A stretch of 64,000 bases of DNA, from assembly GCF_006345805.1 (NCBI RefSeq), contig NC_043000.1:147436001-147500000 (forward strand), read 5' to 3'. Below are positions 51,717-64,000 of this stretch, one piece after another (positions within the stretch are counted from its first letter, which is position 1; the number at the start of each line of letters is the position of its first letter). Origin of the DNA: Octopus sinensis (Eukaryota). The notes beneath the pieces are model-generated. The model was not told the DNA's origin, did no database searches, and saw nothing but the letters and a program-made list of their open reading frames with translations. Position numbers and translations under genes: made by a program.

Positions 51717-54650
51717 CTGGAAATAAGATAATAACTTGAAGCTGAGGTGTAGCTTGCATCACATTGAGGAATATGACAAATATGTCTATCAAACCAATAT
51801 CTAATCTAGGACTGAAGGGGCCTCTACTTAGTAGTCACTCAACCCGCTAGAAGTAGCAAACAAATTAAATTCATGATCCCCAATGACATATATTCTCTTT
51901 ATTGCAGCCCATTCATATTGTACAAGGTTTTTGTAACCTTATCAATGTTGCAGAATGGTATTTAAGCCACAAAGTCATACCTTCAATCTACAACAAACAA
52001 TTATTGATTGATTGGATTGGGAAGGAATTTCAACTGTGTTTTGTAGTCTGCTACCACAACAGGTCCTATATAGGATCCAGTTAGCTCAAGACATCATCAG
52101 GAGGAACCACATCCGGTTTCGGCCCCTACTCCTCTACCGTTTTGACGTGGTGCCTCCCCACCTTTCGGAAGTGTCTTCAGCTCTGGTGTTGGGTGCATGT
52201 CTTCTTTCTTCTTCTTTCTTCTGTTCCCTGGCCTCTTCTATGTAGCATCAATAGTCGGCAACTGACTGTCTTGTCAAATTTCCCTTTAATACCTGCTGCT
52301 AGGCTCCAGCAGGCAGCTCCAGCAAGTTGTCACATGACACTGTCTCAACTTTAACTGACCAATGAAGGTGCGTAGTCTTAGCCCACGCATTCTCTAAATG
52401 AGACTGTTGCTCTCCATTGATGTGCACTTAGTTTTTGAAGTGTACTATCATGAAGTAATACAATGGCTCCCAATTTTTTCATCACCAAGGGCCCCTATCA
52501 TTTAAATGAATTTTCCTATAGATCCTAGACTTTCGAAGAGCTGCTTACTCAAGAGGTTCTTTTTTTAATTTATTTTTTATTAACAAAAAATAAACTTAAT
52601 TTTTCAGTTTCATTTGTTTTTTAATTAAAAGATATATGTAACTGAATAATTATATGTTAACCGTCTAATTATAAATTCTGAGCACAACTCATGGGACCCC
52701 AGACTGGGAAACATTGAAGTAACAGCTGACTCTTCAAGAATAAAGTTTAGATTAAAACAGCTTGTAGTTATTGCATACATTTTCCCTGCTTCATTTTTAA
52801 AAAAAATTTATGCTTATGTATTACTTTTGCCAGATTCTTGATGTGAAAACATGTGTTGAAACAGATAGTGTTACACTTGGAGACAGTCATTTTTTGTTCA
52901 CACACTATTTATTTGATCTTTACTTTAGTTTTTATTTGTATTAATTTTAGTTTATATATTGTCAAAGTTCTTTTGTCACACACTCTATGACCTGTTGAGT
53001 GGATCTCTGGGAAAAAGCAGGACAAGAGGAGACATGGGACAGAGAGCTACTGAAGAGGTTACAGAAGGTGTGATGAAAGAACTTTGACAGATGTATAAGC
53101 TAAAAATAATGTGAATAAAAACTAAAGCGAAGATCAAATAAATAGTGTGTGTATTTAATTGACAGAAAGTGACCATCCCAAAGTATAACAATGTTTATTT
53201 TATTTTATTTTATTTTATTTTATTTTAAATAATAACTTGCCTTTTTTTTTTAAATTAAGATTTTATCTTCAATACTATAAAGAGTTGAGAGTAACTATAA
53301 AACCTTTTGTGTGTATGTGTGAATTTTGCCCAGCTCTCCTTTTGTATTCTTGCACACTTTTTTGCTCACTCACCATCTCCAATCATCTGCACCACTTATA
53401 TATCCCTACCTGTAACTTGAGGGTACACCCCAACACATCTTCACCATCATCTCTCTCTCTGTCTTTCTCTTTCTCTTCTCACTTTCCAACAGAGGTAGCC
53501 ATGTATCTCTTCCGCAGTAAAACACCTGTTTTTATCCCAATATCATATCCTAATCTATCATCACCTCACAGAAAGCCACCTCCTTCAATTCTACTCCCCA
53601 CTTAGTTAAGGAGTCTTGTCTTGCAAGTTAATTGGTGAACTTGCTGGTGCTGGTGTGATATTAAAAAGCACCCAGTACACTGTATGAAGTGGTTGGCTTC
53701 AGAAGAAACATCCAGCTGTAGAAACCCTGCTAAAGCAGACAGCAGAATTTGGTGCAGTTCTCTGGAGCACCAGGTCCTGTCAAATCGTTTAACCCTTACC
53801 ATGGAAAACTGATGTTAAATGATGATGATGACGATGACAATAAAAGTAACAATTATGTACTTCCTTTGAAAATTTACTATCCTTGTTTCGGTTTTAAATA
53901 CAAGTTAAAAATGTAGATGAATTTGAAAGTCCTGGCATCTCCTAAACTCTAAATCTGGCTATACAGCCTTGATTTTGAGCTGAAATGCATATAATACAAC
54001 CAAATTATACATACAAATGCATATGGAGCAGGAGCCTCTATAATGTCACTCAGCCTACTAGAAATAATAGCTAAATCTCTCTAAAAATCAAACCTACTGT
54101 TTTAAATATAAACCTCCCCTCAAAATATATATATTTGCTAAAATTATCTGAAACCTAGGTATAACCGTAAAAAATAACAAGGTAAAAGTTTTTATTTTTC
54201 ATTCCCTTCGAAAATTGCTCTTAAATGTGGTTTTGGTTGTTTTGACTGCTTCTTCTAGCATGTAAAAATTACCCATTAAAGGTAATTTTCTCTTGGGTTT
54301 AAATGTACATTATTTTATATTGAGTATATATATATTACACAATGTAATCAGCATACTCCTAAAATGATAGGATGGTCATAGCTGGAATGCATTTGGACAT
54401 AGTTTTGCTGAACCAAAGCTAACTTGGAAGGTAAACATCTACAGGCATCTATACACTGTTTATAATGTACACATACATGCAGATGTGTTTCATTTATAAA
54501 TATAAACATGTAACATGCAAACACGAGGCGGTGAATGCATACATCATAGAAAAATATATCTAATTTACATACACATATACCCTACTTGTGAAGACCTGTG
54601 AAAATCAAGTGAAAATCAAGTGAAAAGCAAGTGAAAATCAAAATCGAAAT

Positions 54651-55004
54651 CGATCAACATCAATGGAAATTGTAGCTGTGATACCAGTGCCGGTGGCACG
54701 TAAGAGAACCATCCGAACGTGGCCGTTGCCAGTGCCACCCCGACTGGCCTCCGTGCCAGTGGCACGTAAAAAGCACCATCCAATTGTGGCCATTGGCAGC
54801 CTCGTCTGGCACCTGTGCAGGTGGCACGTAAAAAGCACCCACTACACTCACGGAGTGGTTGGCATTAGGAAGGGCATCCAGCTGTAGAAACACTGCCAGA
54901 TCAGACTGGGCCTGGCGCAGCCTTCTGGCTTCCCAGACCCCAGTTGAACCGTCCAACCCATGCTAGCATGGAAAGCGGACGCTAAATGATGATGATGATG
55001 ATGA
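54651..55004 (+). mobile_element. Retroposon with RTE-like 3' end and (TGA)n tail
   Basis: gttggcattaggaagggcatccagctg motif, gtggcacgtaaaaagcacc subrepeats, tgatgatg tail. Confidence 0.7.
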
Positions 55005-55487
55005 TACTAATATAGCATTAATTCAAACTGATACATAATAATAACACACATGTACAGACATGCACATACACACACACATACTTACACTTATATCCAAAGA
55101 ATATTTAACTTCCTTGAACACAAAATCCACCTGTTGAAAAAGAAAAACAAGGAAAGTATCCCCATCTGTAAAAATATTTTCCATCATGTCACCACATGAT
55201 TAGTGGCACCAAGAAAGCAAATTATGAGTGAAGAAGAGTGTAACTCTTATAATGAGTTTAGAGAAGTACAATGACCTTGTGGGTCTAGAAACCAGCTTCT
55301 GAACTCATATCACAAATAATTGCCATTAATTAGAACGATTTCTGTTTTGTTATTAATGTTGTATTTTAGGGTAAATACTTGAACTTTGTTAAGCTAAGAT
55401 TTTTTTTTAGGTAAGTTAACTTGTGAGTATTTCGTTTTTGGATTTGGTTTGCAAGATTCTTTATGTGAGTTTGTGTGTTGAAGCATG

Positions 55488-55655
55488 TTCTGTTGTGTCT
55501 GTGGAGAGTCATTCTCTTTCTGTGCCTTATAATATAACACACTCACCGGTAAAATTTCCACAAAAAATAAAAAATAAATAAGTGGAAATTTTACCAGTGC
55601 ATGTGTTATATTATAAGGCACAAAAAGAAAATGACTCTCCCCAGACACAACAGAA
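55488..55655. mobile_element. Short foldback MITE-like palindrome
   Basis: ~75-bp inverted arms around an A-rich spacer. Confidence 0.7.
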
Positions 55656-55995
55656 TAACTTGTGAATGACAAGTACATAGTCTTAAATGGAAAAAAAAAT
55701 GCATTTCTGGTTTAATATATTGGCTTTGAATCAAAGTGGAATGTGTCTTAGAATAAATAATTGGTTTTGTTTATAATATTTATCTTTTATTTGTTTCGGT
55801 CACTGGGTTGTGGCCAAGCTGGGGCATCATCTTAAAGAGCTTAGTCAAACATATAGACTCTAGTACTTGATTTTTTAAACCTTGGTACTTATTCTATTGG
55901 CCATTTTTACCAAACCGCTAAGTTACAAGGACATAAACAAACCAACACTTGTCAAGCATTAGTTGGGGACAAACACAAAGATAAAGACATATACA

Positions 55996-56385
55996 CATCA
56001 TCATCATCATCATTTAACGTCCATTTTCCATGCTAGCATGTGTTGGACAGTTCGACCGGGGTCTGGGAAGCCAGGAGGCTGCACCAGGCTCCAGTCTGAT
56101 CTGGCAGTGTTTCTACAGCTGGATGTCCTTCCTAACGCCAACCACTCCGTGAGTGTAGTGGGTGCTTTTTACGTGTCACCGGCACAGGTGCCAGGGGAGG
56201 CTGGCAACGGCCATGATTGGTTGGTGCTTTTTATGTGCCACCGGCACAGAAGCCAGTCAGGGTGGCGCTGGTATCAGCCACGTTTGGATGGTACTTTTTA
56301 CGTGCCACCGGCACAGGTATCACAACTACAATTTCCATTTGATTTTTTGATGTTGATGTACTTGGCTCAATAGGTCTCCTCAAGC
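55996..56385 (-). mobile_element. Retroposon with RTE-like 3' end (same family as 54651)
   Basis: Inverted copy beginning with (CAT)n. Confidence 0.7.
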
Positions 56386-56493
56386 ATACACATGTATATC
56401 TAAAAAGTGGGACACAGTAAAGTGACATGCACCACCATCCTCTACATCTTCTGATTATATCTGCACCACATCGGTAACATTTTACCAACTTAC

Positions 56494-56564
56494 CTCAGGT
56501 TATACACTTCTTCATGATAACATTGTGCATCCCTTTTGATTTTCGACTTGGTTGATCTGTTCAT
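56494..56564 (-). CDS. Candidate first coding exon, unknown product
   Basis: ATG...MNRSTKSKIKRDAQCYHEEVYNL then AG|gtaagt consensus donor; only one frame is open. Confidence 0.3.
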
Positions 56565-56814
56565 TTATAGAGCTTATGACCCTTTGTAAAGTACTTTGAT
56601 ATCTTTTTTACACTATTTCAGTGTTTGCGTATACATAGGCACACATACATATGTTTGTGTTAATACATGTGTACCATAAATCTTCGAGTATAATACGCAA
56701 GGGATTTTTAGGGGGGCTGTACCTCTGAAAAACCTAAACCTTGTGTATAATACGCTACCCTTCTCTAACTTGAGTCGTGTGTAATTAAGCCAGCAGCACC
56801 TAGTCGAACAAACA

Positions 56815-56829
56815 TTTCCGCGCATGCGC
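56815..56829. promoter_or_regulatory. NRF1-like GCGCATGCGC abutting an ETS-like CGGAAA (minus strand)
   Basis: tttccgcgcatgcgc in otherwise CpG-poor DNA, ~250 bp upstream of the candidate ATG. Confidence 0.35.
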
Positions 56830-57242
56830 AATACAATAATGGTGATGTTCTTAACTGTTATATGGGAATGTAAATATTTTGCAAATTGTTTTTGTTACAT
56901 GTTATTCTGTGTTCTGAATACTTTTATTTTAATAAATGTTGCTTACTGCAAGTTATGGATGATTCTTTTATGATTTCATTGCTTTCAGGTATTTTTGCAC
57001 CCGACATCACAAAATGCGTCTGAATAAACATTGCTGGACAGCAAATACTTGGACATTGCTTAGAAAATATTTTTCATTTTTAACCTCGTATATAGTACGT
57101 ATTAGGGATTTTGACCTTTAAATTTTGGGAAAAAAATGCAGATTATACTTGAAGATTTACGGCATGTGTGTAGAAGTGTATGTGTATATGTGTTTATGTA
57201 TGTTTGCGTGGTTGTGTTTGTGTGTGCACACATGTGTATATT

Positions 57243-57635
57243 CTCTCTTTTACTTGTTTCAGTCATTTGACTGCGGCCATGCTGGAGCACCGCCTTTAGT
57301 TGAGCAAATTGACCCCAGGACTTATTCTTTGTAAGCCCAGTACTTATTCTATCGGTCTCTTTTGCTGAACCACTAAGTGACGGGGACGTAAACACACCAG
57401 CATCGGTTGTCAAGCAATGCTAGGGGGACAAACACAGACACACAAACACATATATATATATACATATATACGACGGGCTTCTTTCAGTTTCCGTCTACCA
57501 AATCCACTCACAAGGCTTTGGTTGGCCCGAGGCTATAGTAGAAGACACTTGCCCAAGATGCCACGCAGTGGGACTGAATCTGGAACCATGTAGTTGGTAA
57601 GCAAGCGACTTACCACACAGCCACTCCTGCGCCTA
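57243..57635 (-). mobile_element. CORE-like SINE
   Basis: Reverse complement of consensus. Confidence 0.85.
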
Positions 57636-58106
57636 TTTTTAAAAAATTTTATTTACTTTATATATACATCTTGAATGTTCCAAAACTTGGCCTGAACAGT
57701 CCTGAGTATTGTAGTAAAGCATCATTTTTTTCTTGGAACGAACTTGCATTCTAGAGAATTCTGAGGTGATATGTTTTAGTTGAGGAGACATCTCACTCAG
57801 ACTCTCTTTGCTGAAAGCACTGAAAGCAGCTAGGAGATATTCAACTTCCTGGTTGGCTTTCACTCCTGAGCATGTTGCATGAGCTGGCTAACTTACCAGC
57901 TGCTACAACATGCCCAATCGGCAAAGATCTCAAACTTGCAGTTGAAAAAACAAAAATAACATCTCTTACCATAGGTATGGAATGTATTTTGCATGCATTA
58001 ATTCCAACTCTGCTAATTAATAACTGTATTGTTTCTTTCTAGGTAAAGTAACATCTGACTGTTCAAAGAAGACTTCAAAAGTAACTAGTATCTACTTCTC
58101 TTCAAA

Positions 58107-58400
58107 ATGGATAAAATTTGGTATTGTGGTGTTATCGAGAACTTTCAGAAAAAGGGTTTAATCCCCAAGGATATTCATGCTGATATGGTTGCTAGATTAG
58201 GGGATGATACCCCAGTTTTATCCATAGTGCAAAAGCAGGCAACTGAATTTAGGAGGGGAAGGGAGAGTCTTGAATATGACCCAAGGTTTAGATGTCCTGA
58301 AACTGCAACTACCAAGGAAAATATTGTGTTCACTACATATTGATGAATAACAAATACTATTAGCATATCAAATAGCAAATGCTAAGACATGTTGTAACCC
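58107..58400 (+). mobile_element. Mariner transposase N-terminal (HTH) remnant
   Basis: KG..PKDIHADM...LG......FRRGRESLEYDPR..P.TATT.ENI. Confidence 0.75.
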
Positions 58401-58499
58401 TTGACTGTGTCCAGCACTAAAAACTTCCTAAAAAAATTGTCAGCTGTGGGTTTACCTATCATTCCCTTTTTTTTCCACTTGCAGGGGCTGGATGAAATG

Positions 58500-59620
58500 G
58501 CAGTACTCATGACCTTCAAAGACCATTCTGGACTGACATCAATGACATTATTGTTCCTCTTAAACCTTTGTAAATCAACAACTGTAGAAAGATATAAGGA
58601 TGGTATTCCAGAGGATGACATTCTGAGAAGGATGGATTGGGTATAAGGATTAGTGCAAGGTAGGGTCTGGAGGAAGTGGCTTGACACGAGGAGGATAAAA
58701 GGAGAAGAGGCAAATAGGATAGAAATGTCTGAGTACAACCAATTCTGAAGGGCAGAGGCCATTATAGTATTAGTAGAGAGAGAAGACAGTGTGCCTATGA
58801 GAGAGGGAGCATGGGTAACTTTATGGATTAGGTGGCCTTTTTCTGGATGTGGTCTAGGGTATCTGTGTGCAGCAGCACCATCCCTGAGTTCTGCAGAGTT
58901 TCAATAATTAATGGAGGCTGAATTATCTACTGGCTCTGAAGAGAAGAGCCAGTCATAGAGATGTGGTCCTAACTATGTTAAGGATATGCTTTTGTCAGAA
59001 CCTCAGTGGTAGTGAGACCTAAAAGGCGGCGAGCTGGCAGAAATGTTAGCACGCCAGGCGAAATGCTTAGCGGTATTTCGTCTGTGTTACGTTGTGAGTT
59101 CAAATTCCGCCGAGGTCGACTTTGCCTTTCATCCTTTCGGGGTCGATAAATTAAGTACCAGTTACGCACTGGGGTTGATGTAATCGACTTAATACCTATG
59201 TCTGTTCTTGTTTGTCCCCTCTGTGTTTAGCCCCTTGTGGGTAATAAAGAAATAGGTATTGAGACCTAACAACTGGCAAGACTACAAAGGCTCTAGGAGT
59301 GCTGTTCAAGATAAAGCAGAGTGCTCGTTGTGATGATGTTTTCTTGATACAAGTCATATTCGGGTTTTCTTGCAATAAAAAAATAGATAAGGTTGGAATG
59401 TTCTTATTGGAAGATGCTTTTGAGATCTCTATTTATGAAGTCAGTGTGGGTTTGATTTATGATATTGATGAATGGTTAGGAAGTGTTGGGAATGAAGGAT
59501 TGTGTCATCTGCATAAGAGTGGATCTTGGATTAGAAATCTACCAGATTATATCACTGAAATTGAATTTCATTCTGGCAACTTCTGAATATCAGGGTCTGA
59601 TGTTTCTGTACCCTAATGAC
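58500..59620 (-). mobile_element. Highly degraded CR1/L2-like LINE remnant, interrupted by a SINE
   Basis: Frameshifted 3' end motif ...DLQRFKRN; by-eye only. Confidence 0.35.
59023..59259 (+). mobile_element. Full-length Nin-domain SINE with 10-bp TSD
   Basis: TSD tgagacctaa at 59013-59022 and 59260-59269. Confidence 0.9.
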
Positions 59621-59671
59621 CTATCTCAATAAGCTTTTAAACCACATACCTCCCTTTGCAGATATCTTTCA

Positions 59672-60059
59672 TTACTCTCTCTCTTTACTCTTTTACTTGT
59701 TTCAGTCATTTGACTGCGGCCATGCTGGAGCACCGCCTTTAGTCGAGCAAATCGACCCTGGGACTTATTCTTTGTAAGCCCAGTACTTATTCTATCGGTC
59801 TCTTTTGCCGAACCGCTAAGTGACGGGGACGTAAACACACCAGCATCGGTTGTCAAGCAATGCTAGGGGGACAAACACAGACACACACATATATACGACA
59901 TGCTTTTTTCAGTTTCCGTCTACCAAATCCACTTACAAGGCATTGGTCGGCCTGGGGCTATAGCAGAAGGCACTTGCCCAAGATGCCAAGCAGTGGGACT
60001 GAACCCGGAACCATGTGGTTGGTTAGCAAGCTACTTACCACACAGCCATTCCTGCACCT
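59672..60059 (-). mobile_element. CORE-like SINE
   Basis: Reverse complement of consensus. Confidence 0.85.
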
Positions 60060-60420
60060 GTATACTCTATAATTTCTCTGCACTGGTGCTGATCAGTTAT
60101 ATACAACCATGTCAAATTATGCCAAGCATGCACATCTTTCAGAAACAAAGGTCTTTAAAAAAATTCCTCTAATGAGGACTAAAAATTTAGTTTCCTTCAA
60201 CAGTTACTATACATCCCAGGGAAAAGCACTATGGTTTTACTCACTACTCATGAACAACTAATCCCTAAAAGCATCCACAGAATTTGCAGATGTTAGGCCA
60301 CACAGTCTCATATGATCTCTTATAATGACCTAGCCTCTATCACCTAATCACAGAAATGCTCACCTTCTTGTACCTTGAGAATTTGCTCTGGCAAACTCTC
60401 AAGTTACCATCACAACTATC

Positions 60421-60831
60421 GGATCTTTTCGGTTTGAACGGCAGTTTTTAACATAATTTCTAGGTAATTAAAAAATTTTAAATTTCGTATACTGGCAGAA
60501 TGTGTTTATAAAACATCTTTTCTCTTGGCTTTATTGAGAAAATTCTATAGTTTGTAAGATATTTGTTGTTTTTTTTTCTTCAATTTCTGCAATTTCAACC
60601 AATCAGTGACGTTCATTGAGTTAAAAAGCATCCTGTGCCGTATGAATATGTCCCTCATTTAAGAAACAGATTGGGTTTATTTACATTTGTAAAGAAAAAA
60701 AAGATACCCTTCCCCCACCCCTAACCCTAGCCGAGATTGAAATGCAATAGATCGATTCTAGGGTCATAATTATGGGTGACAATTTCATATGACACCGCTA
60801 GAAAAAACTGCCGTTCAAACCGAAAAGATCC
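60421..60831. mobile_element. GG-terminal MITE (Merlin-like)
   Basis: TSD caactatc / caattatc; inverted relative to 34739-35230. Confidence 0.85.
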
Positions 60832-60864
60832 CAATTATCTTTATCTTCTTCCTATTCACTCTTC

Positions 60865-61111
60865 GGTGGCACGTAAAAGCTCCATCCGTTCGTGGCCGTT
60901 GCCAGCCTCACCTGGCCCCCGTGCCGGTGGCATGTAAAAAGCACCCACTACACTCACGGAGTGGTTGGCGTTAGGAAGGGCATCCATCCGTAGAAACACT
61001 GCCAGATCAGACTGGGCCTGATGCAGCCTTCAGGCTTCACAGACCCCAGTTGAACCGTCCAACCCATGCTAGCATGGAAAGCGGATGCTAAATGATGATG
61101 ATGATGATGAT
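60865..61111 (+). mobile_element. Retroposon with RTE-like 3' end
   Basis: Same family as 54651; (TGA)n tail. Confidence 0.7.
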
Positions 61112-61734
61112 AACATGGGGTAAACACCAGTGCTTGTCCCTCTGTTCTACTTTAGTGTCTCAACATCAGGTATAAAGCCACCTCCTCTCTCTAACACCAT
61201 TTCCTCTTAGCCATGCGGGATTTTCCCTATTCTGCTCTTTTGTATCTTACAACTTACCTGGTGACCTTACTAGTGCTGGTGGCATAAAAAAGCACCCAGT
61301 ACACACTGTAAGGTGGCTGGTTATAGGAGGGGCATTCTGCAGTAGAAAACACTTCAAAGCGGACACTGGAGTTTGGTACAGCCCTGGCTTGCTGGATCCT
61401 GTCAAACTGTTCAGCCCATGCCCTCATGACAAATGGACATTAAATTATGATGATGATGACACAATGCTTTACAGTATTTGTCCTGGCTTTTTTTGCTTTG
61501 AATTCAAATTCCAAGGAGGCCATATTTGCCCTTCGTTATTTCAGAAATCGATAAATGAAGTAGTAGAGTAATAAGTTAAAGTAAGAATTAAAAAAAAAGT
61601 AGAAGGGATTCATTAAACCTCATCAATGAGATCCATATTCAATTCATGCCAGTATGAGAAAACAGGAAAAAAATGGAAAAAACCCCCCAAAAAACACACA
61701 AATAACAAACAAAAAAGTGAAACGTTTCAACACA

Positions 61735-61740
61735 TTTATT
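61735..61740 (-). promoter_or_regulatory. Putative polyadenylation signal of NDUFS7
   Basis: AATAAA on the minus strand ~195 nt after the stop, followed by a GT-rich stretch. Confidence 0.5.
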
Positions 61741-61742
61741 TC

Positions 61743-61777
<35 letters not shown>

Positions 61778-61935
61778 ATCCTTATTTCTTTGATGTTCAT
61801 ATTCAGAAAATAACAGGTTTCTTTGTACAGTTTCATCTTGCATGTGTCAAAGTATAATAAATACTCAAAAACAAGATCTATGATGAAAAAAACAAAAACA
61901 AAAAAAAAAAACTATAAAAAATCTAATCAAATGCA

Positions 61936-62033
61936 CTATTTTCTGTACCACATTTGTAATGTATTCATTCGCTTTATCTTTTTCTGAAGTTGGAGTACAC
62001 CATAGAGAAGTGCTTCGGCCGTTGGAGGACACC
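61936..62033 (-). CDS. NDUFS7: Last coding exon of NADH:ubiquinone oxidoreductase subunit S7 (PSST); earlier exons lie beyond 64000
   Basis: ttttaatatttccag acceptor, then (G)[31 protein letters not shown], matching the NDUFS7 C-terminus [18 protein letters not shown]; not shown in the ORF track frame. Confidence 0.95.
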
Positions 62034-64000
62034 CTGGAAATATTAAAATACAAAATAGCTAATTAATAGATATACATTTTCTGTGTAAAATGACGCACAC
62101 TAAAAATGCACGTAATTGTAGAATAATATAATGAATAAAATAACGGGTATTTAAACCAATGCTTAAATTAGTACACATTACGTAAAGTGCGTGGGTGTGA
62201 ATATGCTACATTGGTTAAATGTAGAATTTTCAAAAAAAAAAAGAGTTAAAAGTATTCCATATATGAAGTAAAAATATATATTTCTGGCAAATTTTTAAAA
62301 TACCTTACGTAATTTACTTTTAATTTGACATGAGTGCCTGGCAAAATAAATAAATAAATTAAATTAACGTAAAATTATAAAAGTTCCTATCGATTAATCT
62401 AAAAGCAATTTATATTTCAAAGATAGAAATAACTTGTTTTAGACAGCACCATTTAGATATACATAAACCGGTAAAGATATTTGCTACTTAGTTTATAATA
62501 CAAAGGACACTGATTATAATAATGTTATGTAACTGACTAAGAAGCTACAGTATGAATTTTGTACAAAAGCATAAGTCCGTAACTTATATAATACGTTAAA
62601 TTCTAAAAGAAGGAAAATAAGCATTAACACTTCCACCTAAAATATGTTTATTATTGCTAAAGAATGATAGATTGAATAACCACCGCGCGAGATTATTCGT
62701 TCGGTAATGATGAGTCAGCAAGAAATAAACCGCGACGCAGTTTTCATTTAACAGCACCAGCAAAAAAAAAAAAACAGGATGTGTATGTGTATATATATAT
62801 AGTTATACAGGTGTTAACATATGTTACAGGTTAAAGACAATCACAAGTTTTATTTGATTGCTTATACATTATATTTCTTTTCTGGGCCCCTTTTCTTACT
62901 TATAACACATCATGATTTCTTATAGAAAGTGATCTTAGCGAGAAGGCTGGAAAGGAATCGGGAAATGCGAGAAGGAAGAACACAAGAAAAAAAACCCCAG
63001 ACTGCTATTAGACCAAACGTACAATAAACATGATGCCATTATTGCATATATTAACCTACTTAAAAACGCTACGACTTATCTCCCTTGAATAGGCCATTTT
63101 TTTTATTTGTGTCTTGGTCTTCTTCCCGGATTTACAAATGGGTCAAAGATGGCGACGATAAAGTGCAGGAAACCAATAGTTAATGAAATGATACCAAAGT
63201 CTAACTCGCTTCTACTAAATAATTTCTATTTCTCTTACCATTAAAAAAAATAAAGTATTATTCATAAAGAATTGATAACGTATTTAAATTATAGGTTTCC
63301 TGATGTTGAAATGTAATGTTCATTTCCCAAAACGTAAACCTGGAAGTGTACACTATTTCTGTGTTCACCTATCGGTGTTCACAGTTCGCTTGTGCATATA
63401 TTAAAAATTGAAAAAAAAAAATCACAACTCATTTCAACAAAATCAATATTATTCATTGATTATTTCTATTTAAAATCGACATGGTTTGGTTTATTAGCAC
63501 TAGGTGCATCTTACAAGATTTTTAACTGGTTGTTAACCGATTGCTAACAACCTAGCGACATAGCTTTTCTTTTTCTTTTTTTTTTTGTCAATTGGAGAAA
63601 CCATGTATAGTTTATTGTAAACTGATTTTTTAGTTGAGATTCGATTTTTATTACTAATGAAAGTAAAATAAAATTAAAAAAAAGATTGAAAAGTTAAATT
63701 TACTCAATCAAATTTTGAGTAAATTCTTAGTCAAATGTATTTTTTTATCTGTCCATATGTTATATTAATATTTATCAAAGGGAATATGAAACCAGCTGAA
63801 TTGCAAAACGAAATGTTGAGCTAGAAATTTATTCCTCTGAGGTCAATAAAAATAATTCTACTCCACCCCCATCTTAAATGTATAGTCTTATTCTAAAGTA
63901 AGAAATAATATATTAATTACGTTTATAAAGATGGTGAACTGGAACAAATAAAATAACGCACAGACATTTGGAGGAGTTATAAAATAAAGAACTGGAGTAT

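Noticed and set aside
52985-53605. ORFs 52985-53191 and 53237-53605
   Set aside because: Low-complexity or degraded retroelement sequence with no recognisable domain
63140-63245. aagATGGCG start-like context with a short plus-strand ORF
   Set aside because: No donor, short unrecognisable peptide, and it lies within the presumed NDUFS7 intron

Overview
AT-rich, repeat-dominated eukaryotic DNA, most likely octopus (inferred from abundant tRNA-derived CORE- and Nin-type SINEs, RTE/RLE LINE remnants and CATA/TA microsatellites). Most ORF-track entries are microsatellite or SINE translations. Host genes I can support, all on the minus strand: the last coding exon of NDUFS7 (61936-62033), the first coding exon of a secreted BPI/LBP-family gene (20575-20758; no later exon found in the 20 kb downstream), and a weak two-exon candidate (56494-56564, 51685-51716). 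Mobile DNA: non-autonomous Helitrons, GG-terminal MITEs with 8-bp TSDs (Merlin-like), hAT MITEs, mariner and DD37D/maT remnants, a Penelope GIY-YIG fragment, and RLE/RTE/CR1 LINE pieces. Best leads: several hammerhead-ribozyme-like motifs with non-canonical cores, Nin-SINE concatemers that repeatedly join at one GGTAT microhomology, a modular MITE family carrying TTAGGG repeats, and retroelement 3' ends clustered on (CATA)n tracts. All alignments were made by eye; no database searches were run.
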